From Cyclobacteriaceae bacterium (GTDB lineage: Bacteria > Bacteroidota > Bacteroidia > Cytophagales > Cyclobacteriaceae): DNA of 64,000 nt. The first letter of the stretch is position 1. Each line of letters begins with the position of its first letter. The notes below the pieces were generated by a model. The model did not search any database. It was not told the DNA's origin and was given only the letters and a program-made list of their open reading frames with translations. A program made the translations under genes and the position numbers. Positions 29,337 through 37,621 of this stretch are shown here, in pieces. The DNA lies in assembly GCA_019638235.1 (NCBI GenBank), contig JAHBUE010000001.1:604492-668491 (forward strand), given 5' to 3'.

Positions 29337-30370
29337 GGCTGCGTGGTTGAGAGTTGAATTTCAAGGTTAACTTCAAAGTTTTCCGGCTTCTCAATAATAT
29401 CAAGCCGGTGATGGTTATTATACAGCAATTCCAGCCTTCGTTTTACATTTTTCAGCCCGATTCCCCCGTTATCGGGAGATTGCCTTGTGTCTTTTGTATT
29501 ACGCACATTAAGTTGAAAAAGATTTCCTGATTTGCGAAGGTCGATTTTGATTTCATTTTTCCGGTCTGCAAAATCTGAAACGTGTTTGAAGGCGTTCTCT
29601 ACAAAAGGGAGCAACAGCAACGGGGGCAGTGTAAAGTTCGCCAGGTCATTGCTGACCGAAAACCGGATGTCGTAGTTTTCATCCCTGCGCAGCCGTTGCA
29701 GGTCAGCATAATTTTTCAGGTAGCTCACCTCTTTTTCAACCGGAACTTCGTGGCCATTACACTCATACAACTGGTAACGCAACATGTCTGAAAACATTGC
29801 AAGGGTTTCGCGTGCCTGTATGTTTTGCTTGTCAATCTTGAAGAAAACCGTGTTAAGAGAATTAAACAGGAAGTGCGGATTGATTTGAGCTTTCAAATAC
29901 TCCAGCTCCGTGTTCAGTTTTTCTAATTCTATTTTGCGAATGTGTTCACGTTGCAAGTACCATTGTTTACTGAGGTGCATGGCCGAAGCAAAGGCAAGGT
30001 AAAACAGAACAATGGAGAAATTATACAGCGACTGAGTGAAGAATAATCCCGTTCGTTCAATTTCCCAATTGTTTATATGTGTGTAGCGATAAACGTCATG
30101 TGCACCTTTCAACAACACATAAAGCGCAATGATGAAGAATAATATCACTATTGAGGAAGTTACTTTTTTTCCTGATACAAGGTTGGGAATAATAAACAGT
30201 ATGGTGATGTAGATTACACCGGCCAGCAGGATATTGCGAACAAGGATTTCAAGTAAAAATTGTTCTGTCCCGGCTGTTTCAATCAATGCCAGGCGAGTGT
30301 AGCCGTGAAAGAAAATAGTAAGCGCCCAAAAGAGTACATGGTCGAGTTTGTATTGAAAGAAGCGATTCAT
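29333..30370 (-). CDS. sensor histidine kinase (LytS/YehU-type)
   Basis: 345 aa with about 4 TM segments, then the His_kinase motif INPHFLFNSLN and an ATPase region (VENAFKH ... GGIGLKNV). It overlaps the regulator gene by 4 nt. Confidence 0.85.
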   Translation of the reverse strand: MNRFFQYKLDHVLFWALTIFFHGYTRLALIETAGTEQFLLEILVRNILLAGVIYITILFIIPNLVSGKKVTSSIVILFFIIALYVLLKGAHDVYRYTHINNWEIERTGLFFTQSLYNFSIVLFYLAFASAMHLSKQWYLQREHIRKIELEKLNTELEYLKAQINPHFLFNSLNTVFFKIDKQNIQARETLAMFSDMLRYQLYECNGHEVPVEKEVSYLKNYADLQRLRRDENYDIRFSVSNDLANFTLPPLLLLPFVENAFKHVSDFADRKNEIKIDLRKSGNLFQLNVRNTKDTRQSPDNGGIGLKNVKRRLELLYNNHHRLDIIEKPENFEVNLEIQLSTTQP

Positions 30371-30510
30371 ACTTTAAAAGTACGTGATTTACCGACTGCA
30401 TAAACCGGAAAGTAATGCGTTTCGTCAAGAAAATCATGCAGTATGTCAGGAAGTGTTGGCCGTGAACACGCCCTGTTCGTATTTCAGGATGTATTAAATC
30501 AACAACGCTT

Positions 30511-31164
30511 ATGAAAAGAATATTCTGGTTGACATTCGCCCTCATGTGTGGGGTACTCGTTACAGGGTGCGCCCGCCTATCGGACGGGCAGACTCAACCC
30601 AATCGCCAAACAGAAAAAAAGATTGACGACTGTGAAGAAGGCTGGTGCGAACTTATATTCGAGGGCATGCCTTCGCGCCTTTCATGGCAAACAACCGTTG
30701 CCCCGCCCAACGAGCCGGGCGAACCGCTGATTATAAGCGGAACGATTTATAAAAAAGACGGTAAGACTCCTGCACCTGGAGTTATCTTGTATGTTCATCA
30801 TACAGATAATGAAGGATATTATTCCCTTGCCCCAAATCAAACGCAAGGCAAACGGCATGGCCACTTGCGCGGCTGGATGAAAACCGATGCGAATGGCCGG
30901 TATGAATTTAAAACAATCAGGCCGAAAGCGTACCCTGACGGTAGCGAACCGCAACACATTCATCCCATCATCAGCGAACCCGGTAAAGGCTATTACTGGC
31001 TTGACGACTACCTGTTTGAAGATGACCCATTGCTGACGAACAAGGAAAGATCACGGGCAGGGAATCGTGGAGGCAACGGCATTATCAGCCTGAAGAAAAA
31101 TGAGAAAGGCATGTGGATTGGCAAACGCGATATTATTCTTGGTTTAAACATTCCTAATTATTAA
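30511..31164 (+). CDS. intradiol dioxygenase-like lipoprotein
   Basis: 217 aa with a lipobox (LVTGC). Contains GTIYKKDGKTPAPGVILYVHHTD, a Y/H/H iron-ligand pattern, and RYEFKTIRP. Confidence 0.7.
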   Translation: MKRIFWLTFALMCGVLVTGCARLSDGQTQPNRQTEKKIDDCEEGWCELIFEGMPSRLSWQTTVAPPNEPGEPLIISGTIYKKDGKTPAPGVILYVHHTDNEGYYSLAPNQTQGKRHGHLRGWMKTDANGRYEFKTIRPKAYPDGSEPQHIHPIISEPGKGYYWLDDYLFEDDPLLTNKERSRAGNRGGNGIISLKKNEKGMWIGKRDIILGLNIPNY

Positions 31165-31168
31165 TACG

Positions 31169-31762
31169 ATGAAAAACAGTAAACAACATACACGTATAGT
31201 GCTGGCAATTCTTGTTTTGCTTTGCACGAACTTTTTAATTGCTCAAACAGCGTTGAACGTGGTTACAACCGATTCAAAAGTAACCTGGACGGGCACTAAA
31301 GTAATAGGCTATCATCAGGGTACGGTTAATGTTAAAGAAGGAAAAGTGATGATGAAAGACAACAAACTGACGGGCGGTTATGTTGTGATTGACATGACTA
31401 CCATCACGTGCACTGACATTCCCGACACCGACCCCGTTCCAAAGAAAAGATTAGAGAATCATTTGAAGGATGCGGATTTTTTTGACGTGGCTAAATATCC
31501 CACAGCAAAATTCGAGATTGTTGACGTGCGCCCTCATCCCAACAAGGCAGAAAGGTATTTAGTGGTAGGTAATCTGACCATTAAAGGAGTTTCCAAACGA
31601 TGGAAAGCGGAAATTAGTCCGAGCACGCAAACTGATGCGCTGTTTGTTGCGTTCGCAGATATCCGGTTCGACCGGCAACAGTTTGGGGTTGCGTATAAAG
31701 GTCTTGCAGACGAATTGGTGCATGATACGGTCAGGCTCAATATTGTTATAAGAGCAAAATGA
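31169..31762 (+). CDS. YceI family periplasmic protein
   Basis: 197 aa with a signal peptide. Contains KVTWTGTKV..HQGTV and FFDVAKYPTAKF, the YceI hallmarks. Confidence 0.85.
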   Translation: MKNSKQHTRIVLAILVLLCTNFLIAQTALNVVTTDSKVTWTGTKVIGYHQGTVNVKEGKVMMKDNKLTGGYVVIDMTTITCTDIPDTDPVPKKRLENHLKDADFFDVAKYPTAKFEIVDVRPHPNKAERYLVVGNLTIKGVSKRWKAEISPSTQTDALFVAFADIRFDRQQFGVAYKGLADELVHDTVRLNIVIRAK

Positions 31763-31876
31763 AAACGGTTATTACCTTTAGTGGCAACATTAAAGCGACA
31801 CGGCAATATGAAACAAATATTCCGGTAACAACGCCCGCGTGGAGAAAATCACCAAAGACAGAAGAAGAATTATTTA

Positions 31877-32539
31877 TTAGCGCCCGAACTTCAGCAGCTT
31901 GTAGCCGACTGAAACCTGGAGCACCTGGTTTTTGATTTCTTTAGGCCCGTTATCTCCTTCGTAAGAACCAATGTTCTGTAAGCCCAGGTTGTATCGCACA
32001 TCCAGGCTCAGCCCGAAAGGTAAATCCCATCCTGCTCCAAGAATAAGCCCCAGATCGGATTTTTTATAATCCTCTTTTACATCTGTTTTCGGCCGTTCTT
32101 GCGCACCGTCCCCGTCAAAATCATAAAAATTGGTTTCAGCTTTTTGTAAAAGGCCGAATTGCGGCCCGGCCTGTATAGTAATATCACCGATTCCTGTTTG
32201 AACAATGGAGTATTTCACAAGCACAGGAATATTTATATAGGTAAAATCAGATTGCCAGTCATCGGAATCCCAACCCGAATAAGCAAATTTAGTTCCCTGC
32301 TGTGAATAAAGTATTTCCGGCTGAACAACAAGCTTGTTAAATTTTAATGAAGCGAAAACACCGGCATGATAACCCAAGAGGCTTTTATAATTCTTACCTT
32401 CATTACAGCATGAAGCTTCATACGAAACATTAAAGCTGGACAGGTTAAGCCCGCCCTTCAGACCAACGGCAACCTGCATTTGTGCGAATGAAACGGTAAC
32501 GAGCAACAAAAGTGAAAGGGTGATAATGTGCTTTCTCAT
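31877..32539 (-). CDS. outer membrane beta-barrel (porin family) protein
   Basis: Signal peptide MRKHIITLSLLLLVTVSFAQ starts at the second Met (32539). Alternating beta-strand pattern and a C-terminal aromatic strand. The ORF is open to 32587. Confidence 0.75.
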   Translation of the reverse strand: MRKHIITLSLLLLVTVSFAQMQVAVGLKGGLNLSSFNVSYEASCCNEGKNYKSLLGYHAGVFASLKFNKLVVQPEILYSQQGTKFAYSGWDSDDWQSDFTYINIPVLVKYSIVQTGIGDITIQAGPQFGLLQKAETNFYDFDGDGAQERPKTDVKEDYKKSDLGLILGAGWDLPFGLSLDVRYNLGLQNIGSYEGDNGPKEIKNQVLQVSVGYKLLKFGR

Positions 32540-32640
32540 TTGGTTTGGGGTTTTAAAATGGAGAAACTGCAACGAATATGAGAGCAAGCTATATAAATTA
32601 GTGAACGCTGCAAATCACATGATCATGTGATACGGGAGAA

Positions 32641-33870
32641 TCAAGACGACCTTTTCGCGTTGGGATTGCGGTTTTTGCGGAACCTTTTTTTGCGACCATT
32701 AAAATCGCTTTTTCGTTTTACCTGCGGGTTATACACCGGCCCTTCGCCCAGGAATTCCGGCAACGGCAGTTTGGGTATTTCCGAACCAATCAGGGTTTCA
32801 ATGCCTGAGAATCGTTTCTGGTCTTTTTCATTAACAAAGGTAATGGCCGTGCCGGTTGTTTCAGCGCGTGCCGTCCGGCCAATGCGGTGCACATAATCTT
32901 CCGGGTCGGGGGGCACATCCCAATTGATAACCATACTGATGCCCTCTACATCAATGCCACGCGAGAGCACATCTGTACCAATAATAATGTTGACCTGTTT
33001 GTTTTTAAAGGCGCGTAAAATTTGTTCGCGCTCGGTTTGTTCCAAATCGGAGTGAAAGGCTTTGGCCGGAATGTTAGACCGCCTGAAAGCGGAATCAAGT
33101 TTCTTCACGGTTTCCTTTGTAGAGGCAAACAATATGATGCTGTTCCAGGTATATGTTTTAAGAATATGACTCAACAGTTTTTCTTTCTGCGCATCATACA
33201 CAACAAATGCTTCCTGCCTTATTCCGGCAGCCGGTTTTGCTATGGCGATGTTTATTTCTTCGGGCTGGTTAAGAATTTTGTTTGCCAGCGCACGAATTTT
33301 AGGTGGCATCGTAGCCGAAAATAACAACGTTTGTCTTTGTTTGGGCAGGTAGTTTACAATTTTTATAATGTCATCATAGAAGCCCATGTCTAACATGCGG
33401 TCGGCTTCGTCTAAAATCAAATGTTGCAGGTGGTCGAATACAGTTGTGCCTGCGGCCAGTAAGGCAATTAACCGTCCGGGTGTAGCCACTACAATATCGG
33501 CTCCTTGTTCAAGGGCGCGTTTCTGTACATCCCAGGTCGCGCCATCTCCCCCGCCATACACCGGTATGGAACTGATGCCGGTAAAGTAGGCGAAGCCCTC
33601 AATCTGTTGGTCAATTTGCTGGGCCAACTCACGGGTGGGCGCAATAACTAAAGTGTTAAGATGCCGGTGGTCGGCATGAATCATTTTATTGATTACCGGA
33701 AGAATGTAGGCCGCAGTTTTTCCGGTGCCGGTTTGGGCGCAGGCTATTACATCTTTGTTTTGAAGAATAACAGGAACGGCCTGCTGCTGTATGGGGGTAG
33801 GCTTTTCATAGCCCATTGAATCAAGCCCTTCATTGAGCTTCTGATCGAAATTAAAATCCTGGAATGTCAT
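32641..33870 (-). CDS. DEAD-box ATP-dependent RNA helicase
   Basis: Q-motif (F..F.F...L..........PTPIQ), AQTGTGKT, LILDEADRMLDMGF, SAT and HRIGRTAR, plus a basic C-terminal tail. The ATG at 33870 is preferred because the longer ORF would run into the csp terminator. Confidence 0.9.
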   Translation of the reverse strand: MTFQDFNFDQKLNEGLDSMGYEKPTPIQQQAVPVILQNKDVIACAQTGTGKTAAYILPVINKMIHADHRHLNTLVIAPTRELAQQIDQQIEGFAYFTGISSIPVYGGGDGATWDVQKRALEQGADIVVATPGRLIALLAAGTTVFDHLQHLILDEADRMLDMGFYDDIIKIVNYLPKQRQTLLFSATMPPKIRALANKILNQPEEINIAIAKPAAGIRQEAFVVYDAQKEKLLSHILKTYTWNSIILFASTKETVKKLDSAFRRSNIPAKAFHSDLEQTEREQILRAFKNKQVNIIIGTDVLSRGIDVEGISMVINWDVPPDPEDYVHRIGRTARAETTGTAITFVNEKDQKRFSGIETLIGSEIPKLPLPEFLGEGPVYNPQVKRKSDFNGRKKRFRKNRNPNAKRSS

Positions 33871-33887
33871 GAATGTTGCAAAGATAG

Positions 33888-33922
33888 AAAAAAACAAAGC
33901 CAGACGGTGAGGCCTGGCTTTG
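33888..33922 (-). terminator. rho-independent terminator of csp
   Basis: On the minus strand, CAAAGCCAG-loop-CTGGCTTTG (9 bp stem) is followed by TTTTTTT. It lies 20 nt after the csp stop and about 18 nt before the helicase ATG. Confidence 0.6.
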
Positions 33923-33941
33923 TGCTTGTGCGTGTGGAGAA

Positions 33942-34139
33942 TTAATTATTGACCAATCGTACATTAACGGCATTCAATCCTTTTCTTCCTTGAGTAACCT
34001 CGAATGTGATTTCGTCATTCTCGCGAACCTGGTCTACCAGACCTGATACGTGCACGAAAAACTCTTCATTGGTTGCTGTTTCTCTTACAAAGCCAAATCC
34101 TTTGGCTTCGTTGAAGAACTTTACTGTTCCTTCTTTCAT
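33942..34139 (-). CDS. cold-shock protein (CspA family)
   Basis: 65 aa with GTVKFFNEAKGFGFV (RNP1) and FVHVS (RNP2). Confidence 0.95.
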   Translation of the reverse strand: MKEGTVKFFNEAKGFGFVRETATNEEFFVHVSGLVDQVRENDEITFEVTQGRKGLNAVNVRLVNN

Positions 34140-34206
34140 TGTTTTGTTTTGTTGTTATGGCCAGAAGGGTTTAGCCCACTGACCGGTGTTAAAATTGTTT
34201 AAGCCA

Positions 34207-34214
34207 CAAAGGTA
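34207..34214 (-). promoter_or_regulatory. candidate Bacteroidota -7 box (TACCTTTG) for csp, with a long 5' leader
   Basis: The minus strand reads TAccTTTG, matching TAnnTTTG, about 70-85 nt upstream of the csp ATG. Confidence 0.35.
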
Positions 34215-34257
34215 ATAGAATAAACCGTAACTCAAGCTATCAGAGCTATAACAGTAA

Positions 34258-35028
34258 TTAAGCGGCTTCTTTCACCTCTGCAACCTGCAAGTTGCGTGTT
34301 TTGGCTATCTGAATGATCCCCAGCTTGTCCAATACCTTAATAACTAAATAGGTAGGGTCAATTTCGTGCCAGCGGATGCCGCCAAAGTTTGCACGCGAAC
34401 CATGCTTGTGGTGATTGTTGTGGTAGCTTTCGCCCATCATCAGGAAATCGACAGGAAGGAAATTTTTAGAAGTATCGCCCACTTCAAAATTGCGGTAGCC
34501 ATACTTATGTGCAAACCAGTTGATAATGGCGCCATGAATAGGGCTCATTAAAAAATGAATCGGTAACAGCAACCACAGCCACCATGTCGTTGCAAACTGA
34601 ACGTAAATCATGGTGTAAACGGCAGCCCAGAAAATGCGTGACGGCCACGAACGGGCAAACTTATCGAACGCTTCCCATTGAGGCACACCTTCAGTAAAGC
34701 GTTTATCTACTACCATTTTGCCATTGGCAATGGCCGAGTAAATGGTTTTGGTTTTCCACATCATGTTCCAGATGGTTTCGTCATACTTGGGCGAATGCGG
34801 GTCGTTTTCAGTATCGGCAAAAGCGTGGTGCATACGGTGCATAACACCATAGCCATAGGCGCTTAAATAATTTGAACCTTGAAATATCCAGGTAAGAACA
34901 TAAAATACTTTTTCAGTGAATTTATTCATCGTAAAGGCCTTGTGTGCGGCATAGCGATGAAGAAAGAACGTTTGGAAAAACAGCGACAAATACCAGTGCG
35001 CTACGAAAAAAATGAGAATGATTGTCAT
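34258..35028 (-). CDS. acyl-CoA (delta-9 type) fatty acid desaturase, short form
   Basis: 256 aa membrane protein with His boxes HRYAAH, HRMHH and HNNHH. Confidence 0.85.
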   Translation of the reverse strand: MTIILIFFVAHWYLSLFFQTFFLHRYAAHKAFTMNKFTEKVFYVLTWIFQGSNYLSAYGYGVMHRMHHAFADTENDPHSPKYDETIWNMMWKTKTIYSAIANGKMVVDKRFTEGVPQWEAFDKFARSWPSRIFWAAVYTMIYVQFATTWWLWLLLPIHFLMSPIHGAIINWFAHKYGYRNFEVGDTSKNFLPVDFLMMGESYHNNHHKHGSRANFGGIRWHEIDPTYLVIKVLDKLGIIQIAKTRNLQVAEVKEAA

Positions 35029-35147
35029 GAAACAGGTTAAGATTTATGTAAAACAATATAAATCGGGCATACCGGTGGCATAGCGCGATTTACTGTAAGA
35101 CAAACCTGTTTTCGTTTTGTGACAGGATTTTGAGAAAATTTTAAAAA

Positions 35148-35771
35148 TTATTCCTTTTCGGGATTTTCAGGCTGAAACCAGATATCGCGTTTCAACGAAT
35201 CAATCAGCTCATCTGTATCGCCCTGACAGGCTTTTTTAAAACCCTCTAACATAGAGGAGGCGGAAGGCAAATCGAAATGGATTTTAGCTTTTTCTTCTTC
35301 CAGTTTCTTTTTAGCGCGGCTTAACAACTGCCGGAGGTGGTCTTTCTTTTTATCAAATGTTGTGTGCAAAGTATCATAGTCCACGTCAAAAACTTCTTTC
35401 AGCAAAAACACAGCGCGTTCCAATGGTTCAAGCTTTGTGTGCAATACCTTCATGGCTCCGGCTAAGTAAGCGTCAAGGTCAATGTGTGCAAAATTCGACT
35501 CCTTGATTTTGATAATAAACTCCGGCAGATGAATGGACTCCAGGTACTCTTCCTTTTTGCGTTTCAGGGCATTCAGGTGGTTGAGGCAGTTGTTGGTAAC
35601 GGCTTTAATCAGGTAAGCTTTCAGGTTCTGAATTTTTTCCTGCTCGGCATTCAGCCACTTTAAAAAAGTTTCCTGCACAATGTCTTCCGCATCCTGTTTG
35701 CAGCGCACCAGGTTGTAGGCTATGGCATACAGCATCGGTTGGTAAAGCGTTATGGTTTGTGCCGGGTTCAT
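35148..35771 (-). CDS. RNA polymerase sigma-70 family (ECF-like) factor
   Basis: 207 aa. Region 2 is DAEDIVQETFLKW with AYLIKAVTNNCLN. The C-terminal region has an ERAVFLLKEVF pattern. Confidence 0.8.
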   Translation of the reverse strand: MNPAQTITLYQPMLYAIAYNLVRCKQDAEDIVQETFLKWLNAEQEKIQNLKAYLIKAVTNNCLNHLNALKRKKEEYLESIHLPEFIIKIKESNFAHIDLDAYLAGAMKVLHTKLEPLERAVFLLKEVFDVDYDTLHTTFDKKKDHLRQLLSRAKKKLEEEKAKIHFDLPSASSMLEGFKKACQGDTDELIDSLKRDIWFQPENPEKE

Positions 35772-35955
35772 AAATTTTACAAAGATAGCTTAAAAAAATG
35801 CAGTTTTCAGGGCGGATTGGTATAAAATCGCCTTACGGTTGTTAGTGCCGAACATGACCTTAATCATCTTACTAACAGGAGAAAACCCTTATTTTTGTAA
35901 CGTTAACACCTGGCCGGAACCATAATTACAGAACACGCTGTTCATTATATTTAGT

Positions 35956-36894
35956 ATGACTGACACAACACTAACACCGGAAGTTCGCAGAAAGCCAATA
36001 TTGAAGCAGGAGATTGCTTTTGCGATTGTTCATCTTATCCCTCTTGCTGCCATCTGGACGGGCGCTACCTTTTTCGACTGGATGGTTTGTATTTTCCTGT
36101 ATGTATTCCGTATGTTCTGGATTACCGGGGGTTATCACCGGTATTTTGCGCACAAGTCGTATAAAACTTCGCGGTGGTTTCAGTTTGTAATTGCGTTTAT
36201 GGCACAAACCTCTGCACAAAAAGGAGCCTTGTGGTGGGCTGCGCATCACCGGCATCACCATCGCCACAGCGATACACCTGCCGACCCGCACTCGATGAAG
36301 ATTTATGGTTTCTGGTATTCGCACATTGGCTGGATTGTAGGGCCTGATTTTAAAGAAACCGACTATAAAGTAATTGGCGATTATGCAAAATACCCTGAAC
36401 TGGTTTGGCTGAACAAGCATTATTTGGTTCCGCCTGTTGTGCTTGCGGTTATTGTTACTGCCCTTGGCGGGATTGTGAACGGAGGAAGCATTACCATGAT
36501 GTTCACTTCGGCCGGACTGTCAACCTTATTTATCGGGTTTTTCCTGAGTACGGTGATTTTGTATCACGGAACATTCTCTATCAACTCTATTATGCACAAG
36601 TTTGGGCGCCAGCGTTATAAAACCGGAGATGAATCACGCAACAGCGTGTGGCTGGCCTTGCTTACCTTAGGTGAAGGATGGCATAACAATCACCATTATT
36701 ATGAAGTGGCTTCGCGGCAGGGCTTTTTCTGGTGGGAAATTGACATTACCTGGTACATGTTGAAGGCGCTTTCGTGGATGGGGCTGATTTGGGATTTGAA
36801 AGGGGTGCCGAAACACGTTAAATACTCGAAAGATAAAGACCATGCCCGGCAATTGAAGCTGGAAATGGACGAGGAGTTGAGGAAAACAGCATAA
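35956..36894 (+). CDS. acyl-CoA desaturase (stearoyl-CoA delta-9 desaturase family)
   Basis: 312 aa with His boxes HRYFAH, HHRHHHRHSD and HNNHH, plus 4 TM segments. Confidence 0.9.
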   Translation: MTDTTLTPEVRRKPILKQEIAFAIVHLIPLAAIWTGATFFDWMVCIFLYVFRMFWITGGYHRYFAHKSYKTSRWFQFVIAFMAQTSAQKGALWWAAHHRHHHRHSDTPADPHSMKIYGFWYSHIGWIVGPDFKETDYKVIGDYAKYPELVWLNKHYLVPPVVLAVIVTALGGIVNGGSITMMFTSAGLSTLFIGFFLSTVILYHGTFSINSIMHKFGRQRYKTGDESRNSVWLALLTLGEGWHNNHHYYEVASRQGFFWWEIDITWYMLKALSWMGLIWDLKGVPKHVKYSKDKDHARQLKLEMDEELRKTA

Positions 36895-36901
36895 CAAAAA
36901 A

Positions 36902-36923
36902 AGCCGCAATCGCGGCTTTTTTT
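36902..36923. terminator. bidirectional terminator shared by the desaturase gene and tRNA-Leu
   Basis: AGCCGC-AATC-GCGGCT stem flanked by A7 upstream and T7 downstream. Confidence 0.65.
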
Positions 36924-36924
36924 G

Positions 36925-37010
36925 TACCTCGGGCGGGACTTGAACCCGCACGGCTATTACTAGCCACAGGATTTTAAGTCCTGCGTGTCTACCAATTCCA
37001 CCACCAAGGC
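36925..37010 (-). tRNA. tRNA-Leu (anticodon UAA)
   Basis: The reverse complement folds by hand. Acceptor is GCCTTGG/CCGAGGT (two G-U pairs). Anticodon stem CAGGA/TCCTG carries loop CTTAAAA. Long variable arm, T arm GCGGG-TTCAAGT-CCCGC, and no encoded CCA. Confidence 0.9.
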
Positions 37011-37028
37011 AGGTTGTGAAACCTCTTT

Positions 37029-37061
37029 CAAAAAACAACCCCTCTCTTTATTGGAGAGGGG
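37029..37061 (-). terminator. hairpin plus T-run between tRNA-Gly and tRNA-Leu (terminator or processing element)
   Basis: On the minus strand, CCCCTCTC-loop-GAGAGGGG (8 bp stem) is followed by TTGTTTTTTG. Confidence 0.5.
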
Positions 37062-37064
37062 TTT

Positions 37065-37138
<74 letters not shown>

Positions 37139-37156
37139 GTATCCCAAAAGGGACTG

Positions 37157-37164
37157 CAAATTTA
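37157..37164 (-). promoter_or_regulatory. candidate -7 box TAAATTTG with upstream TTTG for the tRNA-Gly transcript
   Basis: The minus strand reads cgTTTTG-N18-TAaaTTTG, ending 17 nt before the mature tRNA-Gly 5' end. Confidence 0.4.
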
Positions 37165-37205
37165 GTGAGGGATTTTAAATATCAAAACGGGAATTTCGGG
37201 TGCTA

Positions 37206-37604
37206 TTAACGTTTTATACTCCCGGCCAAATCTCCCAACAAACTATTAAACAGCGACAGAATCAAACTGAACAGCAGCGCCCACCAAAAGCCGTCCACCT
37301 CAAAGCCGCTAACAATAAGCCAGTCAACCAGCAAAATCATCAGGGCGTTGATTACCAGCAGAAACAACCCGAACGTAACAAACGTAATGGGAATGGTAAG
37401 CGCCACTAATATCGGTTTTACAATAGCATTAACAATGGCCAGCACAAGGGCTACCAACAAGGCATAGCCGTAACCCTCAACATGCACACCCGGCAGCAAA
37501 AGAGCCGTAAGAAACACAGCCAGACCGTTTAGCAGAAAACGAATAATTCCATCCATAGCAAAAAATATTCTTTTCAATATTCCGCTTTTCTGTCGGTTTA
37601 TCAA
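37206..37604 (-). CDS. phage holin superfamily IV-like membrane protein (4 TM)
   Basis: 132 aa with the LLNGLAVFLTALLLPGVHVEGY..ALLVALVLAIVNAIVKPIL pattern of the Phage_holin_4_2/YvlD family. Confidence 0.7.
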   Translation of the reverse strand: MINRQKSGILKRIFFAMDGIIRFLLNGLAVFLTALLLPGVHVEGYGYALLVALVLAIVNAIVKPILVALTIPITFVTFGLFLLVINALMILLVDWLIVSGFEVDGFWWALLFSLILSLFNSLLGDLAGSIKR

Positions 37605-37621
37605 ATACTAACTTGCTTTTT

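Noticed and set aside
36667-37038. A 123 aa minus-strand ORF spanning the end of the desaturase gene and tRNA-Leu.
   Set aside because: It overlaps a confidently folded tRNA and a strong CDS. It is an artefact of an open frame.
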